64,000 nt of DNA from NCBI GenBank assembly GCA_030704615.1, contig CM060734.1:3224001-3288000 (forward strand), written 5' to 3'. The stretch's first letter is position 1, and each line of letters starts with the position of its first letter. The position numbers and the translations under genes were made by a program. Source of the stretch: Takakia lepidozioides (lineage: Eukaryota > Plantae > Bryophyta). Below the pieces are notes generated by a model. It was not told the origin of the DNA. It saw only the letters and a program-made list of their open reading frames with translations, and ran no database searches. This document shows, one piece after another, positions 13,056-26,049 of the stretch.

Positions 13056-13622
13056 ACTAGGGTTACACGATCCATAGAATCAGTGACAGGTGGACGCATA
13101 ATAACTTCAGGAAAATGGCTGACGGAAGAAAAGACGGAAACCCCTTTAAAAATAGACACGTGGAAGTCAGGGCGCGACACACAGCTGAGAAGGAAGTGCA
13201 AGAACAGGTGTCATAAAGAAAGAGGACAAGAACGGCCGTCAAAATGGATGAAAGGCGGGCCCATTAATGAATACAGTAAAAGGGGAACGGAACAAACGGC
13301 AAGTACAGAAAAGTGAAATTCTTGTCACATGTGTGATCCTAGTGGACTATCCAGCAGGGAAAGTCCACTAAAGAAAATGAAATCTAAAATCAAGTCACAG
13401 TGGTTACACCCAATAGAAAGCCAGAGAAAGGATCAAGAAATTGGAGAGAAATTAAACGCAAGAGGCGGCGTCGTTCTGAGTAACGGGCGTCTCGACGGGA
13501 CAGACCATCAATGCTATAGCTTGGAAACTATGGAGGAACTAATAGACTATACGCTCACAATATTACTTACGCAGTGGCATAGACACGAAAGAACATAGCG
13601 GAGCTTTTCTCTTGAACGATGC

Positions 13623-14324
13623 TTGCAAGCTCCACAGGCTTACAAGAAATTACCCATAGCTTTTTGTGGCAACCATACGTTTATGCTTTGTGCACTACAG
13701 GCATTTCTGCAGTTGTTACAGCCAAAACAGTTCTGTGAGTCTAAAATGAAGAGAGTGAGAGGAATGGAGGAAATCAGGGTGAAGAGCACCACAATTCTGC
13801 AGAAACAAACGATTGCTACCCCACAGGCGATACAGATACTGGAGGAGCTGAGATTGCAAGGATTGCAAAGCATAGATTGGACATTACACCATAGACAGTA
13901 CATGTTACAATTCTTGCAGAACTTTGAGCCAAGGACAAGAACAACAACGATGAAGGGAGTTGAATTAGTGATTACTCCCCTATACCTCCAGCAATTGTTT
14001 CGATTGCCAGCAGGTCAGGTGCATGTGGAGGAACACAGGGCAAGACTGCAAATAGGGGACTTATTCCAAGAAGGGAGTTTCTTTAAAACTCAGGGTTATG
14101 CTTGTACCAAGGCTGTGTACCCAGGGCTAAAGGAGGTAGGCCAGGTATTGAACGTTCTGATTGCCATGAAACAGAACCAACAGTATTTGAGCAGATCCTT
14201 CACGGAGGAAATACTCAAAGCCCTGAAGGGACAAGAGGTACAATGGGCGGACATAATGTACAACGCACTGGTGGAGGAGATGAAAAGATTACAAGGTACT
14301 ACCGCAAAGTCTCCTATCATAGTG
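13623..14324 (+). pseudogene. 3' accessory ORF of family A (Athila-ORF1/plant transposon protein-like), N-terminal part
   Basis: QFLQNFEPRTRTTTMKGVELVITPLYLQQLFRLPAG..QGYACTKA..VQWADIMY. Homologous to 40377-41150 and 30664-31449. Confidence 0.7.
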
Positions 14325-17300
14325 CGAAAGACAAGGCCGTACGGAGCTAAACCACAAGAAGGCGGTGGAAGGGTGATTCCTTCCGACTTCGATGGAGTGT
14401 GCTTGAATTGCGGGGAGCCCAGGCACATGGCCAAGAAGTGCACAAAACCCCGACAATTGAACATGACTCGGGCGACCACGGAGCTATCCGAAGATTCCAT
14501 CAGTCGCTTGGTGGAAGCGGTGGTCGCCAAGACTTGCAAGGTATGCAACTACTTTTGTGAGTTGTATCAGGAGACTGGAGCCTTGCATAAAGGGAGTCAG
14601 TTAATGTTCGTGAGTGGGATAATTTCCGGGAACTAACGAGTCATTGTTGGTGGACCCAGGAGCGTCGCACTCCTTCATGACACCGGCAATGGCACGGAAG
14701 CTGGGGCTTCCGACAAGTGATGTGGGGGCCTCTATTGAAGTGCGTTCTGCCAAAGGAGAACCACAACTGGCGACGAGGTTGGCGTTTGATGTTCATCTTC
14801 AGCTGGGGAGTTGGGAAGGACGTGAGAACTTCACCATTTGCGAGATCGATGGAGTGGATCTCATTTTGGGGATGACCTTTTTGAGCAAATCCGGAGATGG
14901 CCGCAAGAGAATAGTCACGCTACCGTGTGGGAATGGTGGCGAAGTTTTACGGGTGCCGGAAATGCCCAACCGAGTGGGAGGGCGATTAAACCTGCTGACA
15001 GCAAAGGAGTGGGCTGTGGAGGAGCCACATGAGCCCTAGTTTTTGCTTTACGTGAAACAAGTGGAATGAAAAGTCGATAGGGAGCCGAGCCCAGATTGGA
15101 TCAAGGGAATCCTGGAGAAATACCAGGATGTGATGCAAGAGGATTTACCAACCGGCTTGCCACCGCGAAGAGGAGTTGACCACAAGATAGAGGTGATACA
15201 GGGATCGGAGCCGCCTGCCAAGGCGCCCTACCGGTTGAGCCACAGAGAGTTGGTTGAGCTGAAGGCCCAGCTCAAGGATCTAATGGCAAAAGGGTATATC
15301 CGGCCGAGTAAGTCACCTTACGGAGCCCCGGTACTATTCGCAGATAAGAAGGATGGGACGCTGTGGATGTGTGTCGATTACATGGCTCTGAATAAGAAGA
15401 CTATCAAAAACCGGTACCATTTGTCAATGATCGACGACCTCTTTGATCGGTTGGCAGGAGCAAAGTATTTCAGCCGGATCGATTTACGTTCGGGTTACCA
15501 TCAGATCTGGATAGCGGAAGGAGATGAGAAAAAGACAGCATGCAGGACAATGTATGGCTCATACAAATTTTTGGTGATGCCTTTTGGGCTCACCAACGCG
15601 CCAGCAACCTTTAACACCTTCATGAACTGCCTCTTTCAGGAGTGGTTGGATGACTTCGTGATCGTGTACATCGACGACATCTTGGTGTACTCGAAAACGA
15701 AGGAAGAGCACTTGGAGTACCTCAAAAGGGTGTTCCAGAAATTGCGAGAAGAGAAGTTGTATGCCAAAGCTTCAAAGTGCAAATTCGGGGTCACGAAAGT
15801 GGAGTTCCTAGGGCATGTGATTACACAAGATGGGATCAAAATGGATGACAGAAAGGTGAGGGCGATCTTGGACTGGGAACCTCCGACTTCGGTCCCGGGA
15901 GTGCGATCCTTCCTATGACTCGCCTCCTATTACCGAAAGTATGTGAGAAATTTTGCCAAGATCGCGGGGCCACTGTCAGACCTTTTGTGTAAGTCCAAGG
16001 TATGGGTATGGAACACTTTTTGTGGCCAAACTTTTGCCGAGTTGAAGCAGCGGATGGCGGAAGCTACAGTCTTGAAAATCCCGGAGTTCGACCGTCCATT
16101 TGAGATTCATACAGATGCGTCGGACTTCATAATCGGGGGTGTGCTCATGCAGGATGGACATCCAGTGGTTTACGAAAGTAAGAAACTGAATGAAGTGGAG
16201 TGACGGTGGCCTACGCACGAGAAAGAAATGAAGGTGGTGGTGCATTGCCTTTGAGCTTTGCCACCACTATGTTGGTTCCAACCCAGTGAAGGTGTTCACG
16301 GATAATGTCACGGTGAAGTATTTTGCCACACAGCCTAAGTTGTCCCCAAAACAACTTAGGTGGCAAGACACTTTGGCAGTGTTCGACGTGGATATCTAGT
16401 ACAAATTGGGACGGGACAATATGGTGGCCGATGCTTTAAGTAGAAAGCAGCAGCTCATGTTGGTGTACAGGGGCAAGACGACGCTCCAAAGGAAGATCCG
16501 GAAGGCTTACCGGAAGGATGAAATGGCGAAGTCCGTGATGCAGGACTTGAGGTTGGGGGTTAAATCGCAGTTCCACTTGCACAATGGACTGCTCCGGTAG
16601 AAGCAAAAGCGTCTCCATGTGCCGAAAGGAGGGATCAGAGATAGTCTCTTGAGAGAATGCCATGATGGCCTGCTTGCGGGCCACGGCGGAGCCAAGCGCA
16701 CCGCGGCACTCTTGAAGAAAGAGTATTTATGGCCCAAACTGAGGGAGGAGGCCGAGGAGTATGTCAAGACATGCACCACATGCCAACAAAATCGGAGCAA
16801 GTACAAAAAGCAAGCGGGGCTGTTACAACCCTTGCCGATTTCAGAGGGGTCTTGGGAAAGTATCTCGATGGATCTCATGACTGCTTTGCCGCTGTCAAAA
16901 GGATTTGATGCAATCATGGTGGTGGTGGATAGGTTCAGTAAAATGGGTCATTTCATCCCCACCAAGGAGACGGCAACGGCGCAGGAGACGAGGCGACTTT
17001 ACTTCACCCACGTCTTCAAGCATCATGGACTCCCGAAGGATATTGTCTCGGACCACGATCCAAAGTTTACAAATAAATTTTGGAGGACACTTTGGAAGAA
17101 AATGGGGACGAGGCTCAAGATGAGCATGGCCTTCCGACCTACAATGGATAGCCAAATGGAAAAAGTGAACTCCGTGGTGAAGCAGATCTTGTGGAATTAT
17201 GTGTCGGCAGACCAATCGGACTGGGTGGAGCACTTGGATGCGGCAGAGTTATGTTATAATAACACAAAACACTCCGCAACGGGAGTTTCCCCTTTTGTAT

Positions 17301-19475
17301 TGGTCTATGGAAAAGCACCTCTGGTGCCAACAAGTTGGGCCGCCCAGGACGACAAGGAACCGGCAGCAGCAGCGGTGCTGGAAGAACGCGAGCGTTTGTT
17401 GGAGCTCGAAAAGTACAACATTGCCAAAACTAGGAAACGGTATGAACGGCAGGCGAATCGGAAGCGGAGGGAAGTTAAGTTTGAGGCAGGCACGGAGGTC
17501 TGGTTGAACATCAAGAATTTTTGACTACCTCCAGAAGTGAGTCCAAAGTTCGTACCTCCGTATGCGGGCCCTTTCGCATCCGGAAGGTTATTAATGAGGA
17601 TGTGTATGAATTGGAGCTGCCGGCAAATAGCAAGGTGCATCCAGTATTCCACGTTTCCCTTTTGAAGCCTTACTTCAAAGATGAAGCGCGTCCGAATTGG
17701 CATCAAGTGTTGCATCCGCCACCTTTGTTGTTGGATCATGAAAATGAACATGAGTACAAAGTGGAGGGGGTGCGTGCCTCAGAATTGGGAAACGCATCCG
17801 AGGCGGTTGCAGCTTTCGAAGTGCGACCTCAAAAGCGGAAGAAGCGTTGATGGGGACATCAACCTTGGATCATGGGGGAGGAAATGCATGCTTAGTCCGG
17901 CTTAGCTAGCTCAGGAATCCGATTGCAAAAACTTGTGTTGTACAAATTTTGTTTATAAATGAAATTGTTTCCAAATGTTGTGCTTCCTGTTTTGTTTGGA
18001 ATGGTGATGCATGGTATGGTTGGCTAGTGTGTAGAATGCATGCTAGCTTACAAAAGTGGGAGAGGTAAATTGGATTAATCGTGTGTTTGCGCAGTGCCAA
18101 AATTGGGTGACTCCCATCCAAGGGGCAATGAAACTTGCGCGTTCTTTGGGAGTTCACGTGCTAGTGCGCACCTGGCGCGTGCGCATACTATAACTGCGCT
18201 ACTGAGGGGGTTGCCTTGTAGTGCGGGCTAACGCGGAAGCTACGTGCTTTCGTTCACGTACTATAATCGTGTAGCCTCGGGACGAGGTCGTAGTGTGGCT
18301 TTGGCGTGTTCCCGTACCTCAAGCCAACATCCCAAGGCGGACCCAATTGTAGTGATGGGGCGCACGGTTGGTTCAAGGTTATCTTCCTAATCAAAAAGGG
18401 TTCAAGGTGAACCCTTGCTCAAGGTGATGCCAAAAAGCGGCATCATGAGCGATCGCAAGCAATGTTGTTGCAGTAAGGCGATTTGATCCTCGGGGAGGAT
18501 CGTTCATTGGCCTTAAAGTGGGCCAAGAAGAGTACACTGGGTGGAGCTTGAGAGGCTCCACCCTTGGCCGGGACTTGGGAAGAAGTCGGCCGAACTAGCT
18601 AGTGGAGAGTAAAGTCAAGTGGGGGTTTGGTTCTTTGCCATGGGACGCCATGGTATGGAAACAAACTCCTTGATGTGGGACGCCACAACTTGGATGTTAG
18701 TTTCTACAAAACGGACAAGTCGATGAGGACATCGACTCCTTGCTGGTAGGGGTGTGTGTCGCGGCCCTTTGCCTTGAGGGCAGGGGGTCACGACACAAGA
18801 GGGGTTGCCCCTATGGTGGGGGCAGTGGCAACAATAGGTATGGGGGCTGAGGCACCCTTGATTGCCTTGGGCACTCAAGGAGGCGGAGGTGCTCACTAGG
18901 TGGAGCCCCGCACACCGAATTGCGGTGGGGGTGGTTCCACGAGGGGTGGTGGTTGCTTAGTGGGTCTTAGTGGGGGTGGCATAGGACTCACCATGGGGCG
19001 GAGACCTTGTGGTGGGAGTCGTGGGGAGTCTTGGGACTCATCACGGTCCATTGGGGCCGTGGTGGGTGGGCCAAGACTCACCGCGACTCATCACCGGGAA
19101 TCAAGGGTCTTCCTGGTGGTTCGCCATAAAAGGACTGTGTTGTTTGTGAAACCCCCACAGACAGTCACAGATATAGGGAGTAGTAACCCCGAGAACGGTG
19201 CAAGCCCGTTGGTGACCAAAAACTAGTGAGTAAGCGTGCGAACCGGAAAGCGACCAAGGTGTGGGGAGTTGTTCCGGACTGCCAACAACCAAAGGGAATT
19301 TCCACTAGACCCAAAGTATGCAAGGGTCTCGTGGAGGAGCAAGGGGGGACCGTTATGCCCCGGTGAGCAGTCAAAGCTCCGAGTTGGCCCAGCGGCCAGT
19401 TTGGGAGTTAGGCACGCGCATCAAAGCGAGTAACTATGACTTGAGAGGGAGTTTACCGAAGGGAGGTGCGCGACG
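14325..19475 (+). mobile_element. Chromovirus-type Ty3/Gypsy (Tcn1/Galadriel-like), 5' truncated, decayed
   Basis: Knuckle [123 protein letters not shown]. Partial chromodomain EYKVE..ASELGNASEAVAAFE. Assignment of the 18757 LTR to this element is an inference. Confidence 0.85.
18757..19475 (+). repeat. LTR family B
   Basis: TGTCGCG...CGCGAC(G) termini with a purine-rich PPT-like tract just upstream. Near-identical to 24689-25411 and 32461-33171. Confidence 0.85.
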
Positions 19476-19994
19476 TCCTGCGTGTGGTCAAACATGTTTG
19501 ACCTCTGTTGAGCATAGTGGGGAATCATACAGCCGCATATACGACTTCCCCAGATGTACGTGTTAACTCCAAAAGGCTTTCACAATTGCATATGGCATTT
19601 TGAAGACAAATTTGCCATGACTGCACACAAATGGCATGTGGTGCAAATTCTTGTGCCCTGTTTTTCTTTTTCTTTTTTTTTAGCACTTAGAGCTTAATAG
19701 CCTGGATGCATTTTTGGCTACGTCCCATGATGAAATCTGTTGGTTGATTTCTACGGATGAAATCGTGGGTTATCATCCCACGTAACTTGATGGATGAGAA
19801 ATCACGTGGATGGATTCCACACCTCCATGCAACGTTCGGGCTATCAGTCTAGTGTTTCTAGCATAGACGTGGGCTGCGCAGGAGGAAGATTGATCACACC
19901 AGGGCTTCAAGCACGAGGTGTATGCGTAAGGGTTTTGAAGAAGTGTTGCGGCGCTTTCTTTATATTCGGCGGTTAGCATTTACAGCCCGAGAGG

Positions 19995-22900
19995 TGTTAC
20001 AGGGTTGTCTGGGACTTAGACGATTTAGGGGTTCTGTGGGGTACCCTTAATTTTGCGCAGACATGGCTCTGCTGCCATGAACAGACACAGGTCAGCACAG
20101 GCCTTAAGGTACGGCAGACACAGGCCCACATAGGCAGCAGTCACAGACTTACACAGCCTATCACAGGGTATCACAGGCAAGGGGGGTACGACAGCTGTGA
20201 CCTCATAACTGTGCGGTCACAACCCGACACAGCCCGTCACAGAGCCACACAAGTCACAGCCCATCACAGCACCACACGACACAGTCCGACACAGGTCACA
20301 GGGCACTGTTACCACTAGCAGGGAACGAGAGTGTGGGAACATCACGCGCTCCCCCACCGTTGATCCCCCAGCCGTACGCCCCCCACCACTGCTCGATCTC
20401 CAGCCACGTGGCGGCCCCCCGCTGTGGATCCCCTCATCCCTGGGTTGATCCCCCCTCCAGTACGGGAGTGATCCCCCACCCCGCATCTCCCGCCACGTGG
20501 TGCTCCCCCGAACCGTCAATCCCCTGCCCATCCATCTAACCTCAATTAGATGGATGATGTGGGTCATCCGCCGGTCATCCCCCCGCCATCCTCCCGCGCA
20601 TGGCGTGGAAGACAGGCCGATGCCGCCACATGGCGGTCCCCTCGCTGTCGATCGCCCACAGCACAATCCCCCGCACCGTCGCTCCCCCACGTCGGGTTGA
20701 TCCCCCCGCCCAATGAAGGATTGATCCCCCAACCCTCATCGGTCGCCACGTGGTGATCCCCCAGCCCTCAATCCCCCGCCCATCCATCCAACCTGAAAAT
20801 AGTGGATGATGTGGGTCATCCGCCCCTCATCCCCCCGCCATCCTCCCGTGCAGGGGATGGATGACTGGCGGATGAAGGGCGATGGCACTGCCCCGCCACG
20901 TGGCGGTACCCCCGCCCTGGATCCCCTCCTCCCATCAGAGGCGCAATCCCCCGACACGTCGCCGCTCCCCCTCCCTGGTTTGATCCCCCGTCCAGTGTGG
21001 GAGTGATCCCCCTCTGCTAATCCGCAGCCACGTGGTGCTCCCCCGAGTCGTCGATCCCCCGCCCATCCATCCAGCCTCAAAACACTGGATGATGTGGCTC
21101 ATCTGCCCTCATCCCCCTGCCATCCTCCCGCGCAGGGGATGGATGACCGGCGGATGAAGGGCTGATGACACTGCCATGCCACGTCCCCCCCCGCCCTCAA
21201 TCCCCTCCTCCCATCGGAGGCGTGATCCCCCGACACGTCGCCGCTCCCCCCTCCCTGGTTCGATCCCCCGTCCAGTGCGGGAGTGATCCCCCTCTGCTAA
21301 TCCGCAGCCACGTGGTGCTCCCCCGAGCCGTCGATCCCCCGCCCATCCATCCAGCCTCAAAACACTGGATGATGTGGCTCATCTGCCCCTCATCCCCCTG
21401 CCATCCTCCCGCGCAGGGGATGGATGACCGGCGGATGAAGGGCTGATGACACTGCCATGCCACGTCCCCCCCCGCCCTCAATCCCCTCCTCCCATCGGAG
21501 GCGTGATCCCCCAACACGTCGCTGCTCCCCCCTCCCTGGGTTGATCCGCCGTCCAGTGCAGGAGTGATCCCCCTTCGCTAATCCGCAGCCATGTGGTGCT
21601 CCCCTCATCGTCAATCCCCCCACCTCCACGCCATCGATCCCCCTCGACCACGTGGCGGCACCCCCAATGTCAATCCGCTGCCGATCTCCACCTCCCCTTG
21701 GGGACTGATCCCCCTTGCCCCTCTTCAATGTCATGTGGCCGTCCCCCCGCCGTCTGATCGTGCCTTGTCATAATCCACTACGTGGTGCTCCCCCGGCCGT
21801 CCATCTCCCTCCATGGCCTTGCTGCCAATCTCCTGCTTTGATCAACTGATCCCCCAATCCCTTACACATCCAATGATGGGGATTGCACCACGTGGCCCTG
21901 CATGTGATGGTGACTTTGTCGTGGAGGTAGGGTTCTCCATCTCCGCTTTTGAGGGTTTGCAATTGTCGTGCTTCTTCGTGCTTCTTCGTGCTCCTGCTTC
22001 GACGGGTTGGGGTTGACCTGCCAGTGCCTGAATTGTGTCCGCTCTACGGCATTTGTTATTCTCTTGCGCCAAACATCCTGCATATAATGCCTACATGGGG
22101 TTTTCTTGTTCTCTTATTCTTATTGTTGTTCTTCTCTGGTTGTTGTTTGTTGTTTTCCTCCTTGTTGTTGTTGTTTGTTGTTTTCAAAGCTGAAGTAGCT
22201 AATCCCATGTGCCGGGGGGATGATGGTCTGTAACTATAGTACCTTTCCCATATGAAACTTCAGCCTCAACTTCATGTTTGCTTTAACATACTACTTACCT
22301 TACAAGATTGACATGTAAACATGGCTTCCTAATATTTTTTACGTGAATGTTGCAGATTCGAAGATGAGTTGCATATCAGGCAGCTGAATAGGATTGATGC
22401 AGGTTGCATAGTCCAAGATGGTTGTATACCGGCAGCTCATAATGCATGCACTTATAGGGATTTCTTTTTCGTCCTAGCATGGTGTTTAATTCCTCCTACA
22501 CAACGATCTCCTTCTCATGTTTCCCTGCCCCTGCAGTTTTGGTCCCCTTCCTCAGACGTTGCCTCCCCTCAATCCCTCACTTGCAAAATCCCCCAATATC
22601 CAATCCATCCCGAGTTTCTGCTCCCCCACCGTCTGGTCCCCCATGTGTTCCATATGTCCCTATGTTCCCCCACCGTTCCCCCTGTGTTCCCTACCCACGT
22701 GTCACCTCCCTGACCACACAATCACCATGCATGTCACATCCACTACTCTCCGCACATGTCTGCTCCCCTCTACTAACATCCCCCCATGTGTCTAGTCCCC
22801 CTACTTTGATCCCCATGTTCCAACAACATAGGGAACGGCAGTACCTACGTATTGTCTTGGCTGGCAGTTAGTTAGTTAAACGGTTAGAACAACTTGTGGG

Positions 22901-23379
22901 TTCATTATGCAGAGTAGCTACGGAGAGGGCATCACTTCTGGGGCGCATGGACAGGGAGTACACGGAGGAGGAGAGAGACGACGGAGAGAGCTTGATACAT
23001 GCAAGCAGTAGAGATGTTACTGTAGGGTAGAATAGAGACACCATGGCTTCGGCCTGACATATGACAATTATTAATACGATTCCTACTTCATACTCACACT
23101 GTGTAGAGAGACCTGCGTGAAGCCGTGGAATGTATTCTTAAGTTGTAAAGATGGAACTTGGTAGATTGCAGAAGCAATCTGATAATCTTAGGCAGTAAGG
23201 TAACATACTAAACATGAATGCAAGAAGGAATAGATATAGGAAAGCACCCCCATGATACACTAGGTGTAGGTCATGACTGATTGTTCTGAGCGGGCTGAGT
23301 ACTTAGAGATTTCCAACTCTTCTATCTTGGAGTTTCCACCAGGATAGCTAAGGGATGGGTGAGTAAAAGCCGCTCAACA
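19995..23379 (+). mobile_element. Long (3.4 kb) family A2 LTR without TSD, with internal GC-rich tandem array
   Basis: Starts TGTTACAGGG (cf. TGTTAGAGGG) and ends GCCGCTCAACA. 22431-23379 matches the reverse complement of 62973-63926. Flanks AGAGG and CTTCG do not match. Confidence 0.75.
20345..21900. repeat. GC-rich ~250-285 bp tandem repeat with CCACGTGG (G-box) motifs
   Basis: GGATGATGTGG anchor at ~20552, 20804, 21087 and 21367. CACGTG at 20405, 20494, 20747, 20897, 21029, 21309, 21649 and 21889. Confidence 0.85.
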
Positions 23380-23914
23380 CTTCGTAACCACCTTGCATGT
23401 CCTTTCTCCCACCTCCACCACCCCGATAGAAACCTTATCTCTGCAATTTTTAATTGCAATTACGGCTACAAGTTGCTATGTCGGCATTGGGCACCGAGAC
23501 AACCACAAGTTGGTTAACCCGTGCCTCTTTCGTTGCCTCATCTTCTCTCATTTTAGCCCGCTCCCGGGCCTCCCGCACTTTGCGGGGATGCATCAATTGC
23601 CACTTCCCAACCTTCCTACCTCTTATCTCTTTCTTCCACTCTTCTTCATCTTCCCACAAGAACTTAGCGTAAAAATAATCATTTGCTTCCAGAACGAAGC
23701 CAAGAGCCTTCGCACGTTTGTCCAACCCCTCCTCCCAATCATCCTCTACACAAACAATGTACTAGAATGTTCAATGCACTTGCACTGCAATGGATAATGT
23801 AATCACATGAAGCAAACAAACATTAATAAACAATTAAAACCTTGAACATGAATCCTACTTACCACTGAAGAGGTCAATGATGTACTCCACCATCTTTTGG
23901 TCATGAGAGTTTTG

Positions 23915-25964
23915 AAAGGGGATCCTGATGTACACATCAGCCAATTTGAGCACATATGTATAGTGAACAACAAGAATGATGATGATGCCAAACTGAGATT
24001 GTTTCCTTGTTCACTTATCAAGAAAGCAAGTGAGTGGTATACTAGATTTCCTAATAATCATTTTCAAACCTGGAATGGCCTTAGTACAGCATTTCGAAAC
24101 AAGTTTAGGACAAACAAAACTAAGGATGAAGTGTACGGTAGTCTACAACAGTTGAGACAAAAGAAGCATGAAACTATTAAATAATATCTGGAGAAGATGG
24201 AGTTAATGGTCAAGAAGTTGTTTGATGTACCACCAGTAGGTTTACAAAAGACTTGGTTTGTGAGTGGACTGAGACCTGAGTTACAGAAGAAAGTGGATAT
24301 GTTACCCCATAATACAATGGAAGAGGCATTTGAAACAGCCAACAGAATTGAGCAAGGGAAATTGCTTAGGAAGGATAAAAAGAATGATGATGACTCTGAG
24401 GATGAGTCAGATGAGGAAGAAGAGCAAGAGTTCAAGAAGAAGAGCAAGAAGAAGGAAAAGTTGAAGAGGGATAACTATGAAAGAAGATTGGAATAAATCT
24501 TGAAAAAGTATGCCACAGAGGCTGCTCCACATTGGAGGAAGGGTGTCTGGTGTTCAAACTGCCAAAATGAAGGCCATACCACAGCTGAATGCCACATGAA
24601 GGAGAAACATTGTACTATCTGTAAAATGGATAACCATTCTACTGAGAATTGTTATTACAACAGAAAGACAGCTACAAGGGAACCAAGATGTCGCGGCCCT
24701 TTTGCCTTGAGGGCAGGGGGTCGGGACACAAGAGGGGCTGCCCCTATGGTGGGGGCAGTGGCAACAATAGGTATGGGGGCTGAAGAACCCTTGAGTGCCC
24801 AAGGCACTCAAGGAGACGGAGGCACTCACTAGGTGGAGCCCCGCACACCGAGTTGCAGTGGGGGTGGTTCCACGAGGGGTGGTGGTAGCTTAGTGGGTCT
24901 TAGTGGGGGTGGCATAGGACTCACCATGGGGTTGAGACCTTGTGGTGGGAGTCATGGGGAGTCTTGGGACTCATCACGGTCCATTGGGGCCGTGGTGGGT
25001 GGGCCAAGACTCACCGCGACTCATCACCGGGAATCAAGGGTCTTCGTGGTGGTTCGCCATAACATGACTGTGTTGTTTGTGAAACCCCCACAGACAGTCA
25101 CAGAGGTATATATAGGGAGTGGTAACCCCGAGAACGGTGCAAGCCCGTTGGTGACAAAAAACTAGTGAGTAAGCGTGCGAACCGGAAAGCGACCAAGGTG
25201 TAGGGAGCTGTTCCGCACTGCCAACAACCAAAGGGAATTTCCACTAGACCCAAAATGTGCGAGGGTCTCGTGGAGGAGCAAGGGGGACCGTTATGCCCCG
25301 GTGAGCAGCCGAAGCTCCGAGTGGGCCGGCGGCCAGTTTGGGAGTTAGGCGCGCGCATCAAAGCGAGTAACTATGACTTGAGAGGAGTTTACCAAAGGGA
25401 GGTGCGCGACAGAAGGATGATGATGACTCTAAGGATGAGTCAGATAAGGAAGAAGAGTAAGAGCTCAAGAAGAAGAGCAAGAAGAAGAAAAAGTTGAAGA
25501 GGGATAACTATGAAAGAAGGTTGGAATAAATCTTGAAAAAATATGCCACAAAGGCTGCAACACATTGGAGGAAGGGTGTCTGGTGTTCAAACTGCCAAAA
25601 TGAAGGCCATACCACAGCTGAATGCCACATGAAGGAGAAACATTGTACTATCTGTAAAATGGATAATCATTCTACTAAGAATTGTTATTACAACAGAAAG
25701 ACAGCTACAAGGGAACCGAGACAGATGAGGGTGCATCAAGTGCAACCCCAGCCAAGAAGAAACAATGACCAGGACCACTATGGTAGGCCTGGCAGATATA
25801 ACAATGGTATGGCAGGAAGAGGTAATCCAAGAGGGAATTACCAAGGCAATCCCAAAGGCAACTACCAGGGTAATCCAAGGGGGAATTACCAGCCAAGGAA
25901 TCAGGATTATAAAAATAATCCCAGAATGGACCAAGGGTGGGGACCCAATGGTGAAGAACTGTGT
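23915..25964 (+). pseudogene. gag: Family A gag fragments interrupted by LTR-B, with ~310 bp of gag present on both sides
   Basis: GDPDVHISQFEH..REPR, then LTR-B, then KDDDDS..REPRQ..GPNGEELC. Confidence 0.85.
24689..25411 (+). repeat. Solo LTR-B without TSD
   Basis: TGTCGCG...CGCGACA termini; flanks CAAGA and GAAGG. Confidence 0.88.
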
Positions 25965-26049
25965 GTAAACATTCACTTTTTGTTCCTCCCAGCTTTCAAA
26001 CTCCACTCGTTTAATGGATAGCAATGCTATCACATAAACTAGTGTTGGT

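Larger units (their letters stand above)
6597..14324 (+). mobile_element. Ty3/Gypsy LTR retrotransposon, non-chromovirus (Athila/Tat/Phygy-like), family A copy 1; 5' end in gap, 3' truncated
   Basis: Domain order gag-PR-RT-RH-INT followed by a 3' extra ORF. Collinear with the other family A pieces in the window. Confidence 0.92.

Noticed and set aside
18900-19226. Recurrent MEPRTP.. ORF (also at 24833 and 32590)
   Set aside because: It lies inside LTR-B and is frameshifted in the third copy; recurrence reflects LTR identity.
19476-19994. Possible exon fragments between LTR-B and LTR-A2
   Set aside because: Stops in the likely frame and no recognisable motif.
20217-21962. Pro/Gly/Arg-rich ORFs
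   Set aside because: By-products of the GC-rich tandem array.
23400-23760. Charged minus-strand exon-like fragment (EDDWEEGLDKRAKALGF..)
   Set aside because: Possibly real, but no family is assignable by eye.
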